A stretch of 64,000 nucleotides of DNA from Octopus vulgaris (GCA_951406725.2 OX597837.1:40858001-40922000), one strand, 5' to 3'. Shown: positions 1-13,154, numbered from the stretch's first letter. Numbers and translations are program-made. Notes: generated by a model not told the origin, from the letters alone.

Positions 1-251
1 TGAAGAAGGGGTATATTCATTGTGTTGTATGTCTTGTGCTCTGTTTTTTCGTTGTTTGAAAAAAAGTTCATTTCCATGTTTTCTATATGTTTTCGTTTCT
101 CATTGTGTTCAACGATTTTTTGATGTCTCGTACCCATATATGCATGTATATATACATATAGATGTAGGTATGTACATATATGTATGTATATATGCATATA
201 TATATATATTATTTATATTATTATATATAATTATATATAATTATATATAAT

Positions 252-303
<52 letters not shown>

Positions 304-515
304 AGGTGTATATATATATATCTATGTGTGTGTGTATATATATATATGTATATGCATATGTATGTATATGTATCAGGTTCTCTTTCTCTCCTCTCTCTCT
401 CTCTCTCCATATGTGTGTGTGTGTGTGTTTACAATTACTTAGATACATAACAGGTTAACCATATTTAAATAAATAATAATACCTTTGGTCGTGTATTCAA
501 ATATGCTGGGACACT

Positions 516-548
<33 letters not shown>

Positions 549-1280
549 CATATATACATATGTGAGTATGTGTGTGTGTATGCGCGCAAGCGCACGTATG
601 TATTTAATTAATATTAATTAATTAAAGATTATCTGTAATTGTTTGTCTATCTGTTTGCATTAATGGTACTGCTGCGGGTATATATAATATTCAACACACA
701 CACGCACACATGCATATAGATGTTGACCATCTGACATATACGCACTGCACTACAATAAATACACACAGCTAAACAAAGAATTAGTCATAAGTCTTTAATT
801 AATTAATATTAATAAAATACATAAAGTGATCATATTCGGATACTCTTGTGCATTTACACCTACGACGCGCACACATAGACATGGATGTTAGTATATATGT
901 GTGTATATATATATGTGTGTGTCTGTATGTATGTATATAAATACATATATATGTATATAGGGGTATATACATATATATAAGTATATACATATATATATGT
1001 ACATATATATATATATATATAAATATATAAGTATATACATATATATATATATATATGCATACATATAAGTTAGTATATACATATATATATGTGAATATAT
1101 ATACGTATATATATATATGTATGTATGTATATATATATGAGATATATATATATGACGTGCACCCGATTATATGCTCATTTTCATGTATGTTTGCATGTAT
1201 ATATCTAGAATCAGACTCATACAAATGTATTTATACCCATACATCTATTGTGTATATGACTGCGTGCTTATATATGTAAA

Positions 1281-1342
<62 letters not shown>

Positions 1343-1809
1343 AGTATGTATCTCCTCTGTATATATATACATGTGTGTGTATATATATGTGTTTGTGTTT
1401 ATGAGTGTCTGTGTGTATGTGTGTGTATACATTTATACGCAAACACTCGCAGACAAATACTCCCCGATATATGTGTTATACACATATACACATATATTTT
1501 TCACACACATACACAATCACACACATATATATATATATATATATGTACATACACACACATACACACACATAATAAATATACATACACACAAACATACACA
1601 CACGCACGCACACATACACGCACGCACGCACACACACACACACACTATATATATATATATATACACATCCTTAACTAATATAATTACCTATGTGCACCGA
1701 TACACTCAGATACACTCACACACACTCACATAAACTTACACACACTCACTACACTCACACTCTCATCCACACACACACATACACACTCATACATACACAT
1801 ACATTCACA

Positions 1810-2870
1810 CGCACAGAGTCACGTGTGCGTTTGATCGGTTGGTGTGGGAATAACACAAAAACTTTTTTTTTCTATTTTTTCAAATTAATTAATATCCTAT
1901 GAAATTACAATTAATGACTTCCTCTTGACTTCCGTTGGACTCCCATCTCCCAGGTTCCCCTTTTACCGTTCCACCGTGAATATAATCAAAGGAAAACCAA
2001 CAAAAAAACCCCCAGAAAAAAACTTAAAGCAACGTTACTGAGTCGACCGCCAAAATCTAGCTCCCAACCGACCAGCCACCCTTTTAGTATATTACACCCG
2101 TCTCTCTCTTTCGTTCCCTCTCTCGTTCTCTTTCCCTCTCACACATACACGCTGGTACCCCCACGCATATACACACACATTCATACAAGCTTTATTATCT
2201 TAGTCTTTCAACCCCACAAACTTTATTATCATACGCTTTCATTATTTCTAATTACAAGACTATTACTTGTGCTTCGACTTATAAAACTTCTCCTTCCTAT
2301 ATGCAATTTGGCTCTCCCTTTCGCTTCCTCTTCTTACTCTCTCCCTATTTATCTTTCCATCCCTCCTTTTTTTTCTTTCGTTTTTTGCTCTTCTTTCTCA
2401 CCACCCCCCTCTCTTTTTGCTTTGTCTCACGTTCCAATATTCATTACGATATACTTTCTGACGAATAGTCATTCAGATTTGGTATAAATGGGTGGAGCTT
2501 TGTACCATTCTAGGGGTGGATATGACCGCTTATTTTCTTCATGCACCAATCAGATGAGTTTTCTAATTTACCAATTAACACCATCATTAGCGACTCAAGT
2601 CAATACTACCATATTTGGAACGTTGTACACCTTGTTATTTTTGACCAATCATCAACAAATTATCAGAGTGAGGAAGATAACAATCGAATGGTTAAATTTT
2701 TCATAAATAATAATTAACACCAACGATACTAATCACTTGTTGGGCATAACTCCTCCTCCATGAATAGGGGCGGCGTTGTGTCGTTCATCCTTTTCCATTT
2801 AAACCCCAACTGTATTCGCCTTATTGCTCCTTACTTTGGTCTCTTAAAGGGCAAATGAGCCATTAAGAGA
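1810..2870. promoter_or_regulatory. Unique promoter/enhancer-like island
   Basis: Non-repetitive stretch with tandem ETS-like TGACTTCC (~1915-1935), three CCAAT boxes (~2546, 2571, 2644), GGGTGG/GGGGCGG boxes (~2490, 2514, 2767) and CACGTG (~1820). No linked CDS. Confidence 0.3.
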
Positions 2871-2942
2871 TATCATGTTTAATGACTCTGATAGATTTTA
2901 GCTAAGTCTATTAAATAATAATTGCAATGTATATATGTATAA

Positions 2943-2973
<31 letters not shown>

Positions 2974-3110
2974 TGTATGTATGTATCTATCTATCTATCT
3001 ATCTATCTATCTCTCTATATATAAAAACATATATATATATATATATAGACATGTGGTTGAGTATGTATGTATGTATGTATGTATCTATCTATCTATCTCT
3101 ATACATATAA

Positions 3111-3141
<31 letters not shown>

Positions 3142-3204
3142 CATGTGTTTGTGTATGTATATATGTATGCACTACATATACACACCCATTATCTATCTAT
3201 CTAT

Positions 3205-3618
<414 letters not shown>

Positions 3619-4597
3619 AAGTTACATCTTGTTGGTAGCAACAGATGTAGTCTTTGTCAACCTGAAAATACTCAGTTTGAAGAACAATGCGTGGTGAAAT
3701 TGTTTTTCTTTATATGATACTAACGCGAAGGTCATCCACAACAACTTAACACTTTAAACACATTAAAAGAAAAAAAAAAAAAAACATGACTTCTTGCAAT
3801 ATAATCACCACCAAAAATCTCTAATAATAACACTAATAGATTTTTTTTTATTCCACAATCCTCAAACGTGGAATATAACTTAACATTTGAAAGCTTCTGA
3901 GCATAATAAATACCACAGTGTCCACAACTATAGGTATTCCACTTCTAGAACTTCTCAAACGCTGACTCCTTCTCACAAAAAAAAAATCTATGCGTAAAGG
4001 TTTGATCTGCCAATGCACTGTAACTCTAACAACACCTTCAACACTAACAAGACCTTTCAAATACCTTCGAATATAGATTTACTTCGCAAACGCATTGTCT
4101 AAGAAACTCCTAGAAGGCAAATTAATTTCCTTGACCTCTTATACTCGCTCACAAGAGAATAAATCACTACTTTTCTGTTTGAAATGGAATAGTAAAATCA
4201 ACTAAAGGAAACGATAAACCTTACAGTCTATGTACGAGAGAGAACTTCTGTACACTATTTGCCTGTGTTTCTTCCATTTCCAGAAAATTACTCCTCGAAT
4301 TTATCATAAAATTTAGGTCGTATAAGTAATACCAGCAGATCATTTGACTACACTGTAGACAGCTTTCCGCCAAGAGGACGCAACAACTTACACACAGTAA
4401 CCCGTCCTCACTTCATATCTATAACCCTTCTTAACTATCTCCTTTTACAGTATTTTGATGTTTATAAATATTTTTTCTATTTGCTTTTGACTTAAATGCA
4501 TGTATACACAAAAATAAGCGCACACGTGTCTTTGTGTGTATATGCACGTATGTGTTTGTTTTTATATTTGCATATACGTGTATATATTTATACATAC

Positions 4598-4697
<100 letters not shown>

Positions 4698-4750
4698 GTA
4701 TATATATATGAGTGAAATGACAAGAGGATCTAACGAAGGACTTATTAAAC

Positions 4751-4851
4751 AATCACCTGAAGAGGTGTATTTTTACTCTTTGGATTGATGATAATAATTA
4801 CACAACATCTCACTAACTGGAGTAATATGTCTCGAAACAATTGGCGAGATT
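4751..4851 (+). ncRNA. Degenerate type-I hammerhead ribozyme with long stem-II insert (PLE-type)
   Basis: aatcac-CTGAAGA...ctc-GAAAC-aattg-gc-gagatt. Palindromic stem III (CAATTG); cleavage triplet mutated; stem I 5/6 paired; stem II poorly paired. Confidence 0.45.
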
Positions 4852-5064
4852 TTAAAATAAAAAATGTTCATTCGATTTCCTTTCGTTTATCTATATATAT
4901 GTATACTATATATGGGTGCAGCATTGGCAGGTTATATATACAGTACATACGTACATCTCCCTCTGTCACACGCACACCCAAACATTTTCTCTCTCACCGC
5001 TTTTTTTTCTCTCAATCCTCTGTCGAAGAGCGTAGACCTGAAACATCAAAGACTTTTCCCTTCT

Positions 5065-5862
5065 TCTCTTTTACTTGTTCCAGTCATTTGACTGCGGCCA
5101 TGCTGGAGCACCACCTTTAGTCGAGCAAATCGACCCCAGGATTTTCTCTTTGTAAGCCCAGTACTTATTCTATCGGCCTCTTTTGCCGAACCGCTAAGTA
5201 CAGGGACGTAAACATACCAGCATCGGTTGTCAAGCGATGTTGAGAGGACAAACACGGACACACAAATATACAAACACACGTACATATGCATATATTTACA
5301 CATATACGACGGGCTTCTTTCATTTTCTGTCTACCAAATCCACTCACAAGGCTTTGGTCGGCCCGAGGCTATAGTAGAAGACGCTTTGCCCAAGATTCCA
5401 CACAGCAGGAGTGGCTGTGTGGTAAGTAGCTTGTTTACCAACCACATGGTTCCGGGTTCAGTCCCACTGCGTGGCACCTTGGGCAAGTGTCTTCTACTAT
5501 AGCCTCGGGCCGACCAAAAGCCTTGTGAGTGGATTTGGTAGACGGAAACTGGAAGAAGCCCGTCGTATATATGTGTGTGCGTGTATGTTTGTGTTTGTCC
5601 CCCTAGCATTGCTTGACAACCGATGCTGGTGTGTTTATGTCCCCGTCACTTCGCGGTTCGGCAAAAAGAGACCGATAGAATAAGTACTGGGCTTACAAAG
5701 AATAAGTACCGGGGGTCGAGTTGCTCGAGTAAAGGCGGTGCTCCAGCATGGCCGCAGTCAAATGACTGAAAAAGAGTAAAAGAGAGTAAGAGAGCAGGAC
5801 TGAACCCGGAACCATGCGGTTGGTAAGAAAGCTACTTACCACACAGCCACTCCTATGCCTAT
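5065..5862 (-). mobile_element. tRNA-derived SINE family B (CORE-like), split by a nested copy
   Basis: 3' part at 5065-5400 and 5' head at 5795-5862 (gactgaacccggaaccat...ccacacagccactcct) match the other family-B copies in the window. Confidence 0.9.
5404..5792 (+). mobile_element. SINE family B, full length, nested antisense in the previous copy
   Basis: Pol III A/B boxes (tggctgtgtgg / ggttcagtccc), gcaccttgggcaagt, tail ggcggtgctccagcatggccgcagtcaaatgactgaaa. AGCAGGA is duplicated at 5404-5410 and 5793-5799. Confidence 0.92.
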
Positions 5863-6130
5863 ATGTTGCATAACATAACCTTTAATTACCGTTGCAATTG
5901 TAACCCTCCTATGATTCAGGTGCAGTTTCTTCAGGGTCTTTACTTAATATCCTTCGATTTAACTACTTCAAGATTTTCGTTTATCAACTCTACGTTGTAT
6001 GACGTAGAATTGTCCGTTAAGTCAGACGCGAATTATCTTCAATTCAAGTTTTGATTGGATATTTTCACTTATTGTCCATTAGTTCTAAACATTCTGTAGT
6101 TTACATTATTTACATTATTTACATTCGATA

Positions 6131-6309
6131 GATATTTGTCCTCATCTTGTTTTTTGTTAACACAACGTTTCGGCTGATATAACCTCCAGCCTTCTTTATT
6201 CCTAAGGTATTTTTCGATGTTATTATTACATTTCCCCAATACACCTGATGAAGGCTGGAGGGGTATAGCAGCCGAAACGTTGTGTTAACAACAAATGAGG
6301 GCAAATATC
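6131..6309. mobile_element. Penelope-like (PLE) inverted pLTR remnant
   Basis: Imperfect inverted repeat 6131-6194 / 6250-6309; each arm carries hammerhead stem II-GAAAC-stem III. Confidence 0.75.
6241..6285 (+). ncRNA. Minimal type-I hammerhead ribozyme
   Basis: acac-CTGATGA-a-GGCTG[loop]CAGCC-GAAAC-GTT-gtgt. Intact core, stems I and II paired, palindromic AACGTT stem III. Confidence 0.85.
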
Positions 6310-6315
6310 CCCAGT

Positions 6316-6553
6316 TACGGTTGTCAAGCGATGTTGGGGGACAGACACACAAACATATATACACACATACATATGTATATACATATATACGACGGCCTTC
6401 TTTAAATTTCCGTCTAGCAAATCCACTCACAAGGCTTTGGTCGGCCCGAGGCTATAGTAGAAGGCACTTCCCGAAGGTGCCACGCAGTGGGACTGAACCC
6501 GGAACCATGTGGTTGGTAAGCAAGCTACTTACCACACAGCCACTCCTACGCCT
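6316..6553 (-). mobile_element. SINE family B, 5' two-thirds
   Basis: Reverse complement of the 5404 copy, including the head ccacacagccactcctacgcc. Confidence 0.9.
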
Positions 6554-6699
6554 ACGAACTTGCAACATTCTTTGTGTGGGTATATTTATATGTGTGTGTG
6601 AGTGTGTGTGTGTGTGAGTGTGTGTGTGTGCACGTATGTATGTATATATTTAAATATACATATGTGTGTGTGAGTGTGTATATCTCTTTTATATTTCAT

Positions 6700-7150
6700 T
6701 TTTTATTTGTTTCAGGCATTAGACTGCGGCCATGCTGCAGCACCGCCCTGGAGACGCTTTAGTTGAACGAATCGGCCCCAGTATATTTTTGAAAAGCTCA
6801 GTATTTATTGTATCGGTGTGTTGATCGAACCACTAAGTTACGGAAACATTCTCCAAACTACACATATGTCTGTGTTTGTCCTCCACTACCGCTTGACACC
6901 AGGCATTGGTGTGTGTCCCCATAACCCAGTAGTCCACTCAGCTGGCAAAAACTGCTTGTACCTGCAATACAAAAAGGGCCGGCCTTGTCACATTCTATGT
7001 CACACTGAATCTCCCTGAGAACTACGTTAAGGGCTAACGCTACACGTGCCTGTGGAGTGCTCAGCCACTTGCACGTTAATTTCACGAGCAGGCTGTGAAA
7101 TTTGATCAGATCAACTGGAACCCTCGTCATCGTAACCGACGGAGTGCCAT
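6700..7150. mobile_element. SINE fragments: family B 3' part (-) and family A 3' part (+, ~6955-7150)
   Basis: gactgcggccatgctgcagcaccgcc; gtggagtgctcagccacttgcacgttaatttcacgagcagg...gtaaccgacggagtgcc. Confidence 0.8.
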
Positions 7151-7155
7151 TCTTT

Positions 7156-7258
7156 GGTGGTAGTGGTGGTGGTGGTGGTAGTGGTGGTGGTGGTGGTGGT
7201 GGTGGTGGTGATGGTGGTGGTGGTGGTGGTAGCGGCGGCGATGGTGGTGGTGGTGGTA
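7156..7258. repeat. (GTG)n microsatellite
   Basis: Explains the poly-Val ORF. Confidence 0.95.
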
Positions 7259-8247
7259 GATATGTTTGTAAATGGTAATCAGATGGCTATTTGGCTACTG
7301 TTTCTAGCAGATCGATGGACCGAACAGAGGTTAATTCGCTATATCGGCATCGTTGCTCTCTCATTGGTTCCTGACGGTGGGTGTTAAACAGGGCGGTGTG
7401 TTAGGCCTACCATTCAAGTAACCTCACCACATCTGCTGTCTCTCTCCGTTCCTTTCTCTCCCCTCCATCTCATGCTCTCCTTGTTTCTACTTTACTCTCC
7501 GTGTCTCTCCTCTTTCTCTAACAATTGAAAATTAGATATAATTAATTACCACGATAATAAATTATCGCTCTAATATCATTATGTTGTTCTGGATTCATTG
7601 CATTTTACACAAGCTAGCAGTTAAGTTCTTTGCATTCATAACTTTAGGCGCATCTTTCGCATTCAAACTGATAAAGATAAATGTCATTTCAAAATAATTA
7701 AAGTGAAATTTTAACGTTTTATGAAAATTGGATAATATCAATAAAATTTTGCAAAAATTGAAATATTTCTTTAGTAAAAACAAGCAAAAACATAAACAAA
7801 AGCGAAACAAAACTTAAAACTCAAAACAGAACAAGAGTTAATTTTCGCTTTGTATTAAAAAAATAATGATTACTTGTAAATCAATTTAGCAACAATCCTA
7901 ACGTTTAATTAGCGATAAATCATAATTAGAACTAACGTAGTGATGTCTAGTTGCTAGCTGTAGGAGTAATTAAGATATGTGGCCGATTAAATAAGACGTA
8001 ATGAGTTAGACATCTGTGGAAGGTGTCGTTGATAAATGGCGGCCGATTGGTGTCAAGATATTACTTAAAATATTAATAGTAAAGAGAAGAGAATAGAAGA
8101 GAAGTCTGCTAAGTGTTTTTTTGATCGTTAGAAGAAGCTGTTGCGGTAGATTTTGCGGAACTTGGCTCAGCTGGTACTTCATGAAAATAAATGTATGTGG
8201 GAGGGCCTGCTCTACGATGATGTGGTTTCGGGTTCAGTCCTACTGCG

Positions 8248-8289
<42 letters not shown>

Positions 8290-8298
8290 ACACACATA

Positions 8299-8363
<65 letters not shown>

Positions 8364-8392
8364 TGATATATATATATATATATATATATATG

Positions 8393-8656
8393 TGGAGGTT
8401 AGGGCAGCGGACTCGCGGTCGCAGGATCGCGGTTTCGATTCCCAGACCGGGCGTTGTGAGTGTTTATTGAGCGAAAACGCCTAAAAGCTCTACGAGGCTC
8501 CGGCAGGGGGTGGTGATCCCTGCTGTACTCTTTCACCACTCTTTCTTCTGTTGGCCTGCTCGCTTAGCCAGCGGGGTGGCGTCATTCGAAGGCATTGTGA
8601 CCAGCGATGTGTAACAACATCTGATGGTCTGGTCGGTCACGTGATCAGATCACGTG
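8393..8656 (+). mobile_element. SINE with family A head and RTE-derived tail
   Basis: Head matches the 9021 copy. Tail cattgtgaccagcgatgtgtaacaacatctgatggtc resembles the RTE 3' end at 57167-57210. Confidence 0.8.
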
Positions 8657-8677
8657 ATATATATATATATATATATA

Positions 8678-8892
8678 CTGGGGCTGTTGAAAAGTTCCTG
8701 GCTTTGGGTAAAAGAGAATACAGGAGGATCCGTTAATTGTGAGTTTATGCAAAATATTCTCCTTTCAGATTCACACTCTTATTGCAGCAGTTCTTCGGAT
8801 TTTCTAAGCCCTATAAAACAACTCGGAATTTGGGACTCCAACCAGACCTTACGCGAAACCCTTAAAAACAGGCGCTTTTCAGTACCACACCA
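8678..8892 (-). mobile_element. ~215-bp mariner-derived MITE
   Basis: TIR-like ggggctgttgaaaagttcctgg ... caggcgcttttcag, flanked by TA. Copies at 9515, 42409 and 42830. Confidence 0.8.
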
Positions 8893-8925
<33 letters not shown>

Positions 8926-9020
8926 TAACTCTAAAGCCGCTTTTGTGACCTCTATTAATTTTGCCTTTAGGTTCTAACTGCTAATAACCCATCCTTTTAA
9001 TGTGCTATATATATATATAG

Positions 9021-9401
9021 TGGAAGCGCAATGGCCCAGTGGTTAGGGCAGCGGACTCGCGGTCATAGGATCGCGGTTTCGATTCCCAGACCAGGCGTTG
9101 TGAGTGTTTATTGAGCGAAAACGCCTCAAAGCTCCACGAGACCCCGGCAGGGGATGGTGGTGATCCCTGCTGTACTCTTTCACCACAACTTTCTCTCACT
9201 CTTACTTCCTGTTTCTGTTGTACCTGTATTTCAAGGGGCCGGCCTTGTCACTCTCTGTGTCACGCTGAATATCCCCGAGAACTACGTCAAGGGTACACGT
9301 GTCTGTGGAGTGCTCAGCCACTTACACGTTAATTTCACGAGCAGGCTGTTCCGTTGATTCGGATCAACCGGAACCCTCATCGTCGTTACCGACGGAGTGC
9401 T
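9021..9401 (+). mobile_element. tRNA-derived SINE family A, full length
   Basis: A box tggcccagtggttagg, B box ggtttcgattccc, conserved body, tail gttaccgacggagtgc; between (TA)n tracts. Confidence 0.92.
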
Positions 9402-9409
9402 TCCTTCCA

Positions 9410-9479
<70 letters not shown>

Positions 9480-9514
9480 GTTCGCACACACACACATACG
9501 CACAGACACACACA

Positions 9515-9727
9515 CGTGGCAGTGTTGAACATTTTCTGGATTTGGGTAAAAGAAAATACAGGACGATCAGTTATGGCTTTTTCCAACATATCCCCCTCTC
9601 AGATTCATACACTTCTTGCAGCGGCCCTCCAGTTATTCCAAGTCCTATAAAAGAACTTGGAAAGTTGGGCCTCCAGCCAAGCCTTTCGCGATACCCTCAA
9701 AACCAGGACGTTTTCAGCAGCACCTCG
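9515..9727 (-). mobile_element. Mariner-derived MITE (copy 2)
   Basis: Same TIRs and internal sequence as the 8678 copy; ends ...cagcacctcg-TA. Confidence 0.8.
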
Positions 9728-9772
9728 TATATCGTTTTGGGTTGACCATTGCATATAGGAAACGGATAGATA

Positions 9773-10067
9773 AGGCGCAGGTCTGGTGGGGTAAGAAATT
9801 TGCCTCCCAACCATATGAATGCTGGTTCATTTCCACTCTGCGGCATCTTAGACAAGTGTGTTCTGAGTGGATTTGGTAGCTGGAAACTGAAAGAAGCTCT
9901 GTGTGTATGTGTGTGTGTGAGTGTGTTTGTGCGTGTGTCTGTGTGCGTCTGTGTCTCTGTTTATGTACATGTGTTTTTGCTTTTTGTCTGTGCTTCTTCT
10001 TCAAGCATCGCTTGGCAACCGGTGTTAGTTTGGAGAATGTTTCCGTAACTTAGGGGTTCGATCAAAG
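9773..10067 (+). mobile_element. SINE family B, diverged
   Basis: ggcgcaggtctggtggggtaag...gagtggatttggtag...ggaaactgaaagaagc. Confidence 0.75.
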
Positions 10068-10670
10068 AAACCATTTGTATGCGATCGGAAAATCAAAACC
10101 AGCCCGTCCAATGGGTACCACACGATTTGAATGAAAATCAGAAAATGCGCAGATATGAAATTTTCTCGTCACCTCTTTTCCGTAGCCAGACCGATCCATT
10201 TCTCGACCTTAATGTAACTTGCGATGAAAAGTGGATTCTGTAAAATAATTAAAAACGTTCTTCGCAGTGGTTGGAACAAAATGAAGCACCAAAAACCTTC
10301 CCTAAACCCGAGCACTTCAAAAAGAAGGTTATGGTGACTGCTTGGTAGTGTACTGCTTGACTCATCCACTATAACTTCTTAAAACCCGGAAAAACCATTA
10401 CTGCAGAAACATATTGCCTTGACATTGCCAAAATGAACGAAAAACTGCTACTCCTCCGTCCCAGACTGGTCAACAGAAGAGGGCCAATTATTCTTCATGA
10501 CAATGCTCGACCACACATTTTGCTAATGACACTCAAGAAATTGAGGGAACTTGGCAACGAAGTTCTTCCCCACCCAGCTTATTCCCCAATCCTTTCTTCT
10601 ACCGACTACCTCTTTTTCAAGCACCTTGATGGTTTCCTACAAAAGGAGTTAAAAACTCAAACTGATACTG
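10068..10670 (+). pseudogene. Mariner (DD34D) transposase pseudogene fragment
   Basis: WVPHDL, TCDEKWI, KKVMVTAW, ILHDNARPH and HPAYSP.LSSTDY.FFKHL motifs, with stops and a frameshift. Confidence 0.95.
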
Positions 10671-10928
10671 AAACTGGGCCTATATTCCGGGTATGCTAGG
10701 TGCATGCTGCACAACCATCGAAAATGGCAAATTCATTATAAATATTAACCTTACTCAATGCCCATTCCAAGCAGCACTTTCCTTGGGTAATGGTGCTACA
10801 ACTGTAACATCCAGCATATATTTTTATTTTTATTCTCATATTTCCCTTTATATTCTTGTATCTATCCTTTCCAAAATAACTTCTTATATAGAACTCTACT
10901 ATTTCCCTCTATCTAACTCTCTCATATC

Positions 10929-10975
10929 GTCTCTGATGATGGGATATCCTTTATATCCCTGAAATCGTAAAGGGC
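10929..10975 (+). ncRNA. Degenerate hammerhead ribozyme
   Basis: CTGATGA-t-GGGATAT[loop]ATATCCC-t-GAAA-tcgta. Core and stem II intact; stems I and III decayed. Confidence 0.55.
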
Positions 10976-11091
10976 AACTTTTGTTATTCCCCGGCTTGCA
11001 ATTTTGTAGCATTGGGTGTGGCACTACACCCAATTGAACGACCTCCGTACGCCACTGCTACCTTCGTATATACGTAATCCCTGCTTTGTAG

Positions 11092-11338
11092 AGCCGCATA
11101 GCACAATGGTTCGAGATGTTGCACCCATGATCGAAATATTGTGGTTTCCATGACTAGACAACATGTTGCGTTGTGTTCTTGAGAGAAAACACTTCATTCA
11201 CCTTGCTCCAGTCCTCTCAGCTGGCAAAAACGAATACTGCTGCGAGAGACTGGCGTCCCTTCCCTGAGGAAGTGAGATATAAACGCCATAGAATTCGGGT
11301 AGTCGGGCCTATGAACCTATGGCTCAAGAAGGACCTTT
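11092..11338 (+). mobile_element. Old SINE (family D head, V-domain-like body)
   Basis: gcatagcacaatggtt...ttgtgttcttgag...gctgcgagagactggcgtccc. Confidence 0.6.
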
Positions 11339-11704
11339 GATGCTTTTCTTATTATTATTTTGATTTCCAGGTAACATTATTAACATATTTGGGAGATAAC
11401 GCCTAGAGAGACCACATGAATCCATCGGCGGTGGATTCTATCGAAGTTAATAACCTTAATAATATTGTCGTTGGTTCGAAAGAATTTGTTTTTATGAAGT
11501 CATATTCGCCTAATTGTACTTTACTTCTTTCTGCGCGTGTCTATGTGTGTCTCTGTGTGCTAATATATGTCTGTATATATGAATCCTGCAAATACTGTAG
11601 ACTCAAATAGATACCTACACGCAAACACACACAAATGCACACACACACGCGCGCACACACATATTTATATGTATGAATATATGTATTTATATATATCTTA
11701 GACT

Positions 11705-11891
11705 AAAACTGTCTAAGGCGGTGCTCCAACATGGCAACAGTCAAATGAAAGAAACAAATAAAAGAATAAAAGAATATATATAGGCGGTGCTTATTTCTTT
11801 CATTTGACTGCGACCATGCAGGATTCTGTTCGAGGTTATATATATATATATGTTTTTCACTGTTTGATTTGCCTAATAGTGGTTTTATCTC

Positions 11892-11955
<64 letters not shown>

Positions 11956-12159
11956 ATGTATGACAACCGATGCTGGTGTGTTTACGTCCCCGTAACTTAG
12001 CGGTTTGGCAAAAGAGACCGATAGAATAAGTACTAGGCTTACAAAGAATAAGTCCTGAGGTCGATTTGCTCGACTAAAGGCGGTGCTCCAGCATGGCCAC
12101 TGTCAAATGTCTGAAAGAAGTAAAAGAGAAAAGAGAGTAATCCTTATTAATATTACTGT

Positions 12160-12193
<34 letters not shown>

Positions 12194-12322
12194 GAAGATG
12201 ATACTTTCTACTATGTGCCTGATGCCATAGTAGAAAATACTTGCCCAAGGTGCCACGCTGCGGGACTGAACCGGAAAGCACGAGGTTATGAAGCAAGCCT
12301 CTTACCACATAGCTCCACTCGC
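11705..12322. mobile_element. Cluster of SINE family B fragments in both orientations
   Basis: Tails at 11715-11770 and 11961-12135 (+); head at 12205-12322 (-). Confidence 0.8.
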
Positions 12323-12329
12323 AACAATA

Positions 12330-12367
<38 letters not shown>

Positions 12368-12807
12368 CCCTCTCATATTTCTTGGCTTTCGTTTTCTTTA
12401 ATCTCCCCCTCTTTCCCTTGTCGTTTATCTCCCTTGTACCTCTCTCTTTGCCCCTTTGATTTCCTCTCTTTCTCGTTCTTCCCCCAAAATTTAATGCTCT
12501 TAGATTAGATCTTTGGGGCCATCCAGATCTTAACGTCTCAAGGGTAACCGGCCGAAACTGTAAGAATGATCTGGAAAATGTTCTTGAAGCCGAGAATTTC
12601 GAACTCATAGAGACAATATTTACATATCACTTGAGGAAACACAACTAGATCTAATACTGCAGGGAAATAGTTGCATAATCAAGTACCTGAACGCTTGGAG
12701 CACTACGTTGCGTGGAAACAATTTTAGTGATTAAAAAATAAATCTCCAACCGTAATCCTTCTCGTGTGCGTGTGCGCGCGTATGTGTATATATAAAACGA
12801 TAAACGT

Positions 12808-13097
12808 CGCCCTTTTCAAACCTAGCCAGGCCCATGGGTCCGGTTTCCCAGTTTCTTAGGCATATGTGTTCCCCCCAGCTGGACGGGACGCTAGTCCATC
12901 GCAGGAAGAGACAGGAAGAGAGAGTGAGAGAAAGTTGTGGCGAAAGAATACAACAGGGGTCATCATCACCACCCCCTGCCAGAGCCTCGTGGAGCTTTTA
13001 GGTGTTTTCGCTCAATAAACACACACAACGCCCGGTCTGGGAATTGAAACCACGATCTACCGACCGCTACCCTAACAACTGGGACATTGCGCCTCCA
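12808..13097 (-). mobile_element. SINE with family A head and V-domain-like tail
   Basis: Head is the reverse complement of the 9021 copy; tail on - strand reads tgcgatggactagcgtcccgtccagc. Confidence 0.8.
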
Positions 13098-13101
13098 CAT
13101 G

Positions 13102-13154
<53 letters not shown>

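Noticed and set aside
1-150. tgaagaagggg...taccc as a hammerhead at the window edge
   Set aside because: Truncated, and the GAAA core is missing.
9021-9095. tRNA-like sequences here and at 5407, 14437, 28014 and 60414
   Set aside because: These are SINE heads: no complete cloverleaf, and each continues into a SINE body.
10673-11057. PIF/Harbinger-like MITE ending tacgccactg
   Set aside because: Only one convincing terminus and no target-site duplication.
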